Shown: positions 41,001-53,551 of the stretch, one piece after another | How the letters are laid out: each line of letters begins with the position of its first letter | How positions within the stretch are numbered: the stretch's first letter is position 1 | Translations under genes and position numbers: made by a program | Source of the DNA: Tubiluchus corallicola | Lineage: Eukaryota > Animalia > Priapulida | Assembly: GCA_030141605.1 (NCBI GenBank) | Contig: JAQGDQ010000099.1 | Span: 451,194 to 515,193, forward strand | DNA length: 64,000 nucleotides | Reading direction: 5' to 3' | Notes under the pieces: model-generated | Databases searched by the model: none | Told to the model about the DNA's origin: nothing | Seen by the model: only the letters and a program-made list of their open reading frames with translations

Positions 41001-44000
41001 AGACTACTTAAAGTCCAATTTCAGCGGAAATTGGATAGTAGGGGGTGGGGATTGGGTCAGGCTGGTTCACACCAGCAATATGCGAGCAAAATAATTGCTA
41101 ACTAGACAACCTTATTTGCTTGATGTACAAGTGGAAGCCACAAAAGATTCTAACTAACTTTGTTAAGAACATTAGGAAGACTCTTTACTATGATTGTTTC
41201 AATGGACAATTGTGAAAAGAATTTTCAAAACTTAAGATAATTAAAACACATCTGAAATCTCTAATGAGCCAAAAACGACAGTAATTTTCTGGAAGCATCC
41301 CCAGTGGCAGCAGTTTTCAGAAAGACACTATTTAAAGACATTTTCGCCAAATGACAGTCATAATATGACACAACAAGTCGTGTCGACACTGACAACAGTA
41401 AAAAATTTTCTCAAATTCTTACGATGATATAGAAAAACTAAGTAGTAAAACACTTCTGTAAAACTGTCTGTTTCAAACCTAGTTCAATAAAATTATGTTT
41501 AAAACAAACCAAATACTTCTGTATCATTTGTAAGCGAAATAATTGCTAACTAGATAACTTTATTTCTTGCTTGAGGGTACGAGTGGAAACCACAAAAGAT
41601 TTTGATCAACTTTGTTACGACATTAAGTCTTTTTACTGTCACTGTTTCAAAAGCCAGTTGTGAAAGGAATTTCAAAACTTAACTTAATTAAAACATATCA
41701 AAAATCTACAAGAAAGATTGAGTAATATATTAGGCTATAGCAGAGTAGCAGTAAAGCAATGCCAAAGTGCTGTTATTATTTTAGTTTCATCAACATATTT
41801 ATATATATATAGTCTCACCAATATATTGAACTTCTTACGCTACACGTGGTGACTGCTGACTGGCTTCACATGAGAGGCTTTTACATAGGTTGTATATAAA
41901 CCTGTTAGTTGATCACTTAGTGCAAATTTTAATGATCATGTATGTACATAAATACAGCTTAAAACCAAAGCAATGCTAGCTCAGCCATGCTTCCTGCCAA
42001 GTTGCCAAATAAATTATATCAACAACATTAATTAAGTTTATACAGTTTCATAAATTAACATAGGGTGCCTGGCCTTTCATTTTACGGATTTTTCCTCGTG
42101 CAAACGATCAGACAGCCAAAATAATAAATCTGGTTCCTAAACTCCACTTAAAGACGTCAATGCACTTACTGGAATTACTTAAAAGAAATGGTAACCAAGT
42201 TTTCCATACAAGTTCAAGGCAAGGTGTTTTTTAAGGCCACTTAAAGATCGGTAAGGCTAATGCGGAGCCAAGACGTACACTGACAATGCAATCACTGGAA
42301 GTCGACTAGTTATAGGCTTTCCAAAACTCAGCTACTGGTTTTTCATGTCCTGTGCTTCTGTTCTAAGTGAATGTAAGCTCTCCCATTGCAAACTTGTTGC
42401 ACGATGGTATTCCTTCAATTGTTTACTGGAATTTGATGATGAGACAGATGATGGTATTTCTTCACAACATCCATAAATGTCAATTTTGTCTGCAGTTGAC
42501 GTAGTTTATACTATTTTTTGTGGGTTCAATGAAGACTGCAGCAACACTCAGAACGATTTTTTCTTAATTGTGAACTGGGTTGAACATTTTGATCTAAATG
42601 CTAGAATCACTTTAAATTCCACAAAGAGTAATGAAAAAACTTACCTAAATTTGAAGTAACTGTGACTGCGTGAGTTTTGTTATAACTCATAGGTCTATGT
42701 CATTTTAATAGTGGGTGCGTATCATCATTTTAGTTCATAAAATGATCTGCAGTGTTAGCTTTATTTCTAGTAACAATTTACAAGTTAATTACAATTAAAA
42801 AACAATTTGTACACGTACGACTGGAAAATATTATAAAACTAAATTATAATAAAAAAATAAACTATAAAGTAAACCACTGCCAACAGTAAACCAGTGCCAG
42901 ACACAAACAGTCTGAGGGTTTTCTATTTTTAGAGGTACATCTTGTTTATTAGAAAGCAAGTCATAAAACGTTTACTCAGATGATCTGGTTCAGTTAATGC
43001 AATTGATTCAATTCTGACAAACACGGCAAAAGTAATGATGTACACGTCAGTCAGCGTAAAAATTTCGTGTCGAACAAGCCTGCAGACAACAGAGTGGCCT
43101 ACTTAATAGATATGATTTTATACAACATCCCTCTGGGCACTGGGCAGTTGTAATGGTATGACAGTTAAGGTGTAATTGATAAGAAAAAAGTTGTTATTTA
43201 TTAGAAAGTGATAAAAGCAGCGGAATACGTAATTCAACTGGTTACGTTGTAAAGAGGTGATTGGCGGGGGGCAGTTGATATAAAAGCAGAGAGAACAGTA
43301 ATGCACACAGTCTCCTGCCACGCAATATAGCCAAGCCAGTCATGAAGATCATAGTGCTTGTTGTCTGCATTTATGCAGGTAAGTTAACATGTTTAGTAAT
43401 GGTAGAAAAACTTTGATAATTATATATATAAGAGTGCTTTTACAACAGTCATCTAAGACTGACTGCAAATGGAAAATAAAATCTAATAATTAAATTTAAT
43501 AATTATGAATAAAACAACAAGGATAAAGTTGCGTTGGACATTTTTACTCTACGTTTCATGCAAAAAAGAAAATATTTCGAAATAAACTGCTTTCACTAAC
43601 AGTTCTAAACTATCAAAATTAAAAAGCAGTCTAATTTTATACACAGAAATCAACATTGAGAGAGACATTTGAATTTCATTATACTGAATTAGAATGTTTT
43701 TTAATTGTAACAGTTTCTAACTGACGATGAACTCAAATGATTTCGAAACACTTTCTGTTCTGCGTAAATATAGTCTAAACATGTTCATGAGAACTTTATC
43801 ATTGTCGTTTTTATTCATTCTACATTGTTTAAATTTAATACTAATAGCCTATGGCTTTTCATGCATGTTTGCTAACAATGCATCGCTAAAGGTGAGTTAA
43901 AATGTAAAATTGATGTGTGATTGCTCAACAGTTTATACATAAAACACAGTATTAATACATCAGTAAGTTACTTTACTTTACCATGTGACAAATGGGTAAA

Positions 44001-47000
44001 GCAAAGCTGTCTGCCACACCAGTGCAGTAACTTCAGTTGTGACGCCACTTCCTTGTTGTTTTACATGGACTTTACTTAATTATGTATTAATATGTGTGAT
44101 GTAGAGTGATTTACTAGCAGGATCTTGTTTTGGGAACAAAAAAAAATAAACTAGGTAAGATTCTACCTAGCTATTAAAACTGTTACTACTGCAATATAAT
44201 GGGCTGCGAGGTGTTATAGAGCGTATGTAAATGCTTCACTTAACCTTTGACCTTTTCACGATCATCATCAATCATTGGAACTGTGAAAAGGCTTATTCTG
44301 GGGTTACATCTTAAATGATTCTAAGATAGCTGAAATTGCTCTAAACAAACTTAACGAATCAAAGAATAATTTCAAACAAACTGTTTTCTTTAATTTCAGC
44401 ATGCGCCACACCAATGGAGAAGCGTCTTGGTGTACCCTTGTATGCTGAAGATGGCTGTGCAGCGGCACCGGACGACCCAGAGATAAACGTTTTCATTGCT
44501 GACAGAAATGACTGCCAGGCATTTTACCAGTGCGACCACAGGTGGCCCAAACTCCGCCGTTGCAATAACGAAGGTGTATGGAGCACAGCCTCCGAAAGGT
44601 GTGAGAGTCCATATGACGCTGTAAACCCAGAGTGTAATTACGTAGCACCACCACGCCCTGAAGTGCAAATGCCGGGCACTGGTCACATAGGTAGGTTGGA
44701 CACTTTTTGTTCTTTGAGTTAGTGGCCAATAATTCTCACTTGTATCAAATATCTGAAGCCCGATGATTGGAAATGTTAAAACACTGACATATTACAAAAT
44801 TTCACAAAACAGTAAGAAAAAGTAAAATTATTCTTTCACACACCACTAAAGAAAGCAATCAATGGTCCTATCAGATTTTATTTCAGGATCTTTAAAGACA
44901 AAATGTCTTTTGAGTCAATATTTTAAATTTCTATGTTTGGCACATAACTATTTATGAAATATTTTGTTTTTTATCAACTTACTCAGTTTCGATTGTTTGT
45001 TGTTTACCTGTTGTGATGCAGGTTATTGTTTTTACTTATTGTATGTGCAGATCATGTACAGCTAGAACAAAAAATAAAAATCTCGCAAAGGCTTTGCTAA
45101 CAAACATAAAACTTTAACTTTGCACTGTTTTAGAAATCCAAAAAAAGTAATAATTGGAAGGGCACTTATTGCCATTCAAATTACCTTTCAAAATTCTTGC
45201 AAAGCAGTCCGGCAACTGCTTACACGTGATTAATGGACATTTGAAATAGCAGAGAATATTCAGCCACAGAAAGACAATAAAACACACTGCTTTCTAAAGT
45301 GCTTATTTTTCACTGCTGATAATGGGAGAACATCTGAAAGCAATGACTGCAAATTATCGTCCTGTTTCTTTTTCCTACAGTTTATCAAGGACAAGAATGG
45401 GAGTGCGCTAACGGACAACAGGCCATCGCCTACAAGAACAGGTGTGATGGCTTCGAGGACTGCTCAGACGGTTCCGACGAAGACAACTGCGCTGCACCTT
45501 GCAATCCACAAAACTGCAGGCTTCCCGATTGCCGCTGTGCAGGACCTGATGTCCCAGGAGGTTTGGATGTCAACACAATTCCTCAGTTGGTAGCAATTAC
45601 GTGGGATGAGGCAATCCGCATTGAAGACTACAACCATCTTTACCAGCAGATCTTCAAGAAAGTGTCAGCAAACCGTGCCCGGGAATCCCGACGTAACCCC
45701 AATGGTTGCCCGGCTGTTGGAACCTTCTTTGGTAGTCATCAGTTCACCGACTATGCTGCAGCACAGTCCCTTTACAGTGAAGGCAATGAGATTGCCGCTC
45801 ACTCCATATCTAAACGACTGCCTGCAAGTTACTGGGAGACAGCCTCAATGGCCGAGTATGTAGCTGAATATGCTGACCAAAGAATCATCTTTGATCAGCT
45901 TGGAAATATCCCCCAAAGAAGCATCCGAGGACTGAGGGCCACTAGCTTGCAAACATCTGGAGATGGATTCATCAACTTTGCTCAGAACAATGACTTCGCC
46001 TGGGATTCATCTTATGCAAGTGACCTAAACAGCCCACCAATATGGCCATTCACTTTTGACTATAGGTGAGTTTAATTTGATAAGTAAATGTTTTTTACAG
46101 CTTAGCAGTCTTTTATTAACAGACCCAACACTTTAATATCAATGTGTAACTCTTCTAAGGCCAGCAACTGTTTTAAAATATAAAAATCATATTTCAAAAG
46201 ATTTGAGCAAAAGTATTTGATATTTCAGAATGCTAGGAAGCTGTGCCGTGGAACCATGTCCTAGGTCCCCACACAGAGCATTCTGGGAGATTCCTCTTGT
46301 TGACTGGGTCGACACTAATGACACGCTCTGTGAGAATGTTGACAGTTGTTACTTCCCCAATGACAAAGCAGAAGCTCTTGAATTGTTCAGATCAAACTTC
46401 CGTCGTCATTATGAATCCAACAAAGCTCTGTTCCTGATTAATCTCCGCTCTCGGTTCTTTTTGAATAACGGCTACCACAACTTGGAAGCTCTTCAGGATT
46501 TCTTAGATGAACTGGAACGTCAGGGTGATGTTTACTTCGTCACTCTCAGCCAAGCTGTTGAGTGGATGCAGGATCCGGTAAATCTTCGTCAATCCGCAGA
46601 GTTCTTTGAATGCGACTACGATGACCGACAAGCCGTCTGCGCTCATCCTAACCTGTGCGGTTACTTCAACGTCACCTACGCACCAAACAGCGAAGAACAT
46701 CCAGGTGACAGATTCTTTCAGACATGCAACGAATGTCCGCCAGTTTACCCATGGGTTGGTAATCCATCAGGACGATTTTAAGCCGACATCCTGACTATCG
46801 ACCTGTGAACCACGAATCAATGATTTGGCTTGAAGTTCCGAACACATGTAGTCCAAAAGTATGATACGACACTTATCATTTACTGCAAAACTGTGATACA
46901 GCTGTATGGATTTATAGATGATAGAAATGACGTTCAATAATAAAGTTTCATTTTTTATTGAAATTGAAAAACAATTTTTCTGTTTCTCAAATGCTGCCAC

Positions 47001-50000
47001 TCATGTTTTTTAGATAAAACCAAAACGATGTGGAACAGTACCGAATGCCATCCAACATTCTTTTCTCTCAGATACTCATTATAACATTCTAGCAATTGAG
47101 TTACCGTGGCCTGTTATATTTATAATGTTATATTTATTTATACGGACCATATAGGACCATGGCAACTCAAATGTTATGAGTGTCTGAGAGAAAAGAATGT
47201 TGGAAAACCTTTTTAGTGATGGACACAATAAAGGCATTCCGTACCGTTCAATAGGTACTAATAATATGCAAAGACAAAAGACAAAGGCAAGATTTATTTA
47301 CTGTGGCTCATTTAACAGACAACATTAGCACTAACCGTTATTTAGCAACTTACATTTGCAACAATACAGGTAAGGGCGCAACATACAAACAACGAATAAC
47401 ATGTAAGGCATAGGCCAAGGCGTTGGCAGCTGCTTGACTAGAACTCCCCGATTGTTGTTACAGTCAGAAATCTAGGCCACTCGGTCATACAACTTTATGT
47501 GCAAAGTATATAAAGTCAAAGAAGAAACTATTTTCTCAAACATAAAAATTTCTAATCGCAGAATTCTTTGTGAAGTACAGCAATACACTATATAGAAAAA
47601 ACATTTCCCTTTGGTACAGCTCCAATGGTTTAAGAGGTCTCAATAGGGTGTCTTCTCTTTGATTGTTTATTTTTCAAATAGACGCTATTGGATTTTGCAA
47701 AACTTATATTTTGCAGACAATGAGTGTATGGGCGTATTAACCATTGTGGGAAGGCCACTATTTCTTGCCATCAGATTCGTCTGACACAGCTACACAATTT
47801 TTACAAAATTTGCATAGGCACCATGAAGAAATAGCGTCTGCATGACATTCCGTCATGGCGACGATGATGATGATGACTCGATGACAGTGATTTTTGGGAG
47901 TTTCATTATTTATCTATTTAATATTTATTAGGTGCAAAAATAAATATATACATTTTATACAAGAGTAAAAGTAAACAATAAAAATATATGTTCATGATCA
48001 GTACAAAGGTTGTACCTATGGATGTACGCCATGGATGACAGCAAGGAACTGTTTCTCGAACAGGGCACTGCCTTTGGTTAGCTGCCGTTAGCAAATGAAA
48101 GTTTACAAGTTAATTCAGTAATTCAATGACAGAATGATAATGATGATGAAAGTGATAAAACTACAATAACAATGACAATAATGAAAATCTTATGACAATG
48201 ATGTCCTGTCAATCATGGTGATGATGACAACAATCACACTATTGGTGTTTATATCTTACCAAAGGTTTCGTCAGGCCTCATTAATAAGTAACAATTACAG
48301 ATTAATTTAGTAACAACACTTACCGACAGGTGTCCTTCGTGATGACGTGGAAAATGCTTGTATAAGTACTCCGATGCAACTAACTGCAGCACCGTATCGC
48401 CTAGAAACTCTAACCGCTGGTTGTGACCACTATAATTAAAAAAATAGATAGATATATAGATAGAAATTTATTTTTTTTACACTGCATACACTAAACTCAT
48501 GAGGTCGGTCAATTCATACATTAGAATAAATTACGATTAAAGTTAACAGTTCGAAGATTTTTCAGCTACATCAGGCAAATTACACACTAAAGCGCACATT
48601 ATACACAATAAAATAACAAAAAGTTACAATGTAAATTGGCAGTTACAGAAATTAATTTAAACCATGACATATTAAATCACATAAAGTTACACTTTAAAAG
48701 TTTTCATATGTAACAACATTTAAACAAATTATATACTGTCAGTTAAATTAAGAATATTCTATATATAAAAAATTTATAAATCAGTGTCATTTAAAAAAAT
48801 ACTAAACTATTTCAGAAAATTAAAAAATTGTGGTACAATTTGCATAAAAGCTTTTTAGTGTACTTAAGTATTCTTAACTGTCTAAAGCTGGCTGTCAGCC
48901 CTAGTTATTCATCTACTTTATTACTTTATTGTACAGTACAGCTCCGGAATATTCTATCAGGCCTTTTTGTAGTCAGTTCTAGGTTTTAGAATATATAAAC
49001 CTACTTGATGCATTTCTTATATTGAAAACTGATGCTTTTTATCTGAACTTTAGTCTTATATTTCGGTGACAAGTTAATTTTGCGACATTTCAAACAATAA
49101 CTGAATTCATTAGACACACTAGATAATAGAACCTTATGACAGTGGTAAAAATTTGACTACCACACATAATGTACTTAGTACAAGACAAGTGTATAACTAA
49201 AACTAAATTAATGGCCTTATAAACAACTTACATGGTTAGATGATTGTATCCCACATTTCTTAGAGTGAATGCCCTAGCAAGCAGTCGAATATGAGTGAAC
49301 TTCACACCAACCGATTCCTCAAACTTGGTCAGTTTCTGAAGACAAAGATATATACATACCAGATGTGTTATTAGGATGAGATGCCTCATTACTAAATATG
49401 TACATATCTACTAATAAGACAGAAATAGATAAATTTATTACTCTAAATGCCTATTTGATTCCATAATATATCACATACGGATGGTTAAGTATGTAACAAA
49501 AATACAAAATAAATGAATAAATCAGTCAGTCAGTCAGTCAGTGAGTCAGTCAGTGAGTCTGTCAGTCAGTCAGTCAGTCAGTCAGTCAGTCAGTCAGTCA
49601 GTCAGTCAGTCATGAAACCAACAATAGCTGTATAGATAAACAAATGTATGAATGAAGAAGGAAAAAACAACATATTTTGCACATCTTTGTATTGAATTTA
49701 TGCAAAGAACTAATGCACCGAACAAAACCATTCAAAATAACAGAAACTCTAAAAGACAATTTGCTGAGACATGAGAAAGTAAAAACACCTGAATTCATCT
49801 TCCTTTTGGACATATTGCAGACTGAAAAGAACTTAAATACCTCCAAAATAGGTACTGAGTCTATCCAGTGTCTGTCACCATCAGGTTCTTGCTGTTGTAG
49901 CGGATGGCTGCCCAGAGATTGCCACACGTTGATCTTTCTCGGTTCATCTAGGAACGCCAGAGTGAAAACCCGATCCGCCTCTTTTATATCGCTGTCGATC

Positions 50001-51038
50001 AATAGCGCACCTACAAGATAATGACCAATTACCTGTTAAATTATAGCCCAATCTGCAATGTAAATGAAGACGGGATGATTTTTCATATCACAATTACCAT
50101 TTTGAAATACCGAAAAAAGATTACACTGTAACACTTATAAGAATGCCAAAGCATTTCCGATAATTAAATGATAGATTAAAAACTTAATTATTGGCAGACA
50201 AGCCCAACTAGTTATAAAAAATGGCAAAGCTCCCATTTAACTCAACTTGGATGTAAAGGACCCTGTTGGTCATTCTAGCTATCGAGTTAAAATAAGATCT
50301 TTTCTTATCTTATCTTGAATTATTTAGTTTTTCAGCCATTTTCAGCCTGTCACTTTTGTTCTAGGAAGCTGTTTGTCATTTTATACAAAATTCACCATGC
50401 AGCAAACCAATACTAAGCACCATCACTCAGTAATCTTAACCAGTATGCTCAAAGTGCTGGCTTTACACTTTCATTTCACCTCTGATTAGCTCTTCATAAG
50501 TGTTAGGCAATTATCTATTTGATTTAAAGGTGAAGGAAAGGGAATTTTAAAGTACGTTTGAAAAAAAAACTTCTCATAGATAGCACTTACAGTAGGGACT
50601 TATGTAATGAGAAAAGAAAATTCTTGATAATTTAAAATATTCGTGCCACCTGGTAAAATAGCACGGCATCACCATCCCAGTAAGCACCACTTGTTCATCA
50701 AAAAGGTATTTTTAATCTTACTGACAATATAAAGGAACTTAAACTTTTGCTGAGTTAGTGAAGGGTGTGCTTTGAATGCTCTGATTATTTTTTCAAACTT
50801 TATGCAATGTTATTTCAACTTCGCGGAAGTTTAAATTTAGCAGTTTTATACACCATTACCCTTAATGCAAGCCCTGCACGCAATAAGACAGCACGTAAGT
50901 GATATAAAATTTTAAGGCACCTTTTATAAGCTTTATTTATGAATGGCGTTTCTTGTGCTTTAATTAATTTATTAACAAAGGTAATATTACACATGATGAA
51001 GATATTCCTTGGCATCTAAAACATTTCCAAGCTCACAT

Positions 51039-51114
<76 letters not shown>

Positions 51115-53499
51115 CTTCCAAGGACACAGCAAATGTACTATAAGTGATACACATTTCAAGGCAAATTTCTTGCCTTGATTAACTTATTACATATGAGGAA
51201 GATCTCTCTTGGCATCTAAAACGTTACCAAGCTTATTACACCTTGCACAATTCTATACTTCCAATAAAAAGCCCAACGTGAAGAACTGCAATGTTCAAAG
51301 TAGTAAATGTTACACTTACCGTACGCTCATCTCACATTGGTCAGCAAATACTGTACGTTGACAACTTACCGAAATTTGCTGAATTAAGTTTCTTGAGTTG
51401 TTATACCTAAAACTCACAGTACGCTAACTTCTTCTATGGCAGATAAAGACAAAGACAAAGACAAGATCTACTTACCGTCACTCAATTAAAGACAACATCG
51501 GTACTAACAGCTAGTTACCGGCTTACGTTTACAACAGTACAGCTAATTAAGGATGCAACACACAAATAACGAACAACTTGCAAGGTATATGCCCTAGTGT
51601 TTACAGCCGCTAATCTCACACTCAAGACTGCATGTCTGCAGTAAGAAATCTAAACCATTCGGCCAGCCAACCCAGTACTATCCTTCTAATGCATAACTCT
51701 GTCCTTACCCATTAGTGCTTCAAAACAATTAGCCATAGCATGACGCAGATAGAAGTCATGACAGAGATCCGGACCATGTGCATACAACATGTACTCATTC
51801 AATCGTAGTTTCTAAAAATACAAATCAGTAATATTTATGTACACTTTTGGAATGAAAATTCGCATGTGTTCAATATGAAGTCACTGTTTATCGTTTTGAG
51901 CTTGAAGAAGGCCATTCAAATTTATGGCTAATTTAAATGCAAAATCAAAGAAATCTAGTGGAAGTTTTTGAGTTGTCAAAAACTATGGTAAGATTCTGCA
52001 TCTGTGACAGGAGTTGCTTTAAGTGGAAGCTTTTGTTGCAAATTTGCAAATAAAAAGTGGTTTTCAAAATGGTGAACGAAATACATGTATGCAAACACAG
52101 AGAAGCACCTAAGGGAACGTTGTACAAAAACAGCAGAATTCACTATGTTGCCAGTTTTGAAAACTCAAGTACTGACCCCCATGTTACGAGTTTGAGTTTG
52201 AACATTCGAATCCGGGTTTTTTAATTTGAATTTGATACAAACCTAGATAATTACAAGGAAGTGAAGTGTGTTTAGTGAATTGAATGAATTGAAGTGTATT
52301 TACAAGAGATAAAGGTTGCTATTTCAGAACACTAGTTATAATAATAATAATAATTTCCTTTACGACATAGCCCCGGATAACACCTTAAGTAACTCAAAGC
52401 CTATTTCCAATATGGGCCCCGATCATTGTTATCCGCATGTTACTTCGATAAACCTGCTTAGCTGATTGCTTGGTTGAAGAACCAGTGATATCATTTTTTT
52501 TTGAAATCTCAATGACTCCATTGTAGTTCAACCCACAACCTTCCAAACAAGCACACTACCAGTGCTATATGACATTAAAATTCATACTAAAACGCTATCC
52601 CAGTAAATGAGACTAAATTCTTATGGTAGGAACATTAGGTAATAGAATGAGATGATATAAAACAACAAGGAGCTTTAACAAAGAAATTTTGGTAATTCTA
52701 ATTACAAGGTGCAGTTTTTGAAAATCAAATAACTCATTTTCCTGAACATACCTTAGCTAGAATAGCCAAGTGTTGATTTTGAACAAGAGCTGATCTGTAC
52801 ATCGTCAAACCTCCTTCGTCTAACCCAGGAAACAAGAAAAAAAGATGAACACTGAAAAAATCAATAAGAGTTCAATGACAAGAAAACATCAAAATTAAAA
52901 CAATAGGCCAATAGGAAGACAACTTTTAAAACAATAAAACAATGTATAGATACCTTTTAATACAATGAGATAATATAAAGGTGACATTTAAAATAACAGA
53001 ATAATATAAAGGCAACTTTAAAAAGACAGAACAATATAATGGCAACTTTTAATGCAATAAAACAACACAAAGACAACTTTTAAAACGAGAGAAAAATATA
53101 AAGACAACTTTTAAAAAGGCAGCGAGATATAAACAGCACTGTCAGTTTGTTACTTACGTAGTTATAAATTCAACAACAGCATCGCCCAGAAATTCCAGCC
53201 TTTCATTATGGTTGATAGCTGACATCATTTCATATGGGGAACCCATCAGAGACATGATTTTAATGAGAAAATTTATACCTACAAACATAAAAATAAGATC
53301 AATTTAGCAACATACACAGATGCAGAACCAATCTCGGTCAAATGAGTCAATGGCTTCAACTTACAAACAGGTGTTCTGCTTTTAAGTTAACTGTTACAGT
53401 ATTTCATAATTGCATGAATTAAGCATAAATTTAAATCAATCAATCAAAATCTGTAAGTAAATTTTGTCATCACTTTACATTCAAGAACGATATATTTAT

Positions 53500-53551
<52 letters not shown>

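Noticed and set aside
27565-46781. Horizontal transfer or contamination origin for the deacetylase cluster
   Set aside because: Spliceosomal introns, TATA/Inr promoters, animal CBM14-LDLa-CE4 architecture, and a repeat family (38534 vs 50528) shared with flanking Drosha introns
28207-46794. Short antisense and alternate-frame ORFs overlapping the CDA-like exons, similar between paralogs
   Set aside because: Shadows of the conserved coding exons; similarity follows from nucleotide identity
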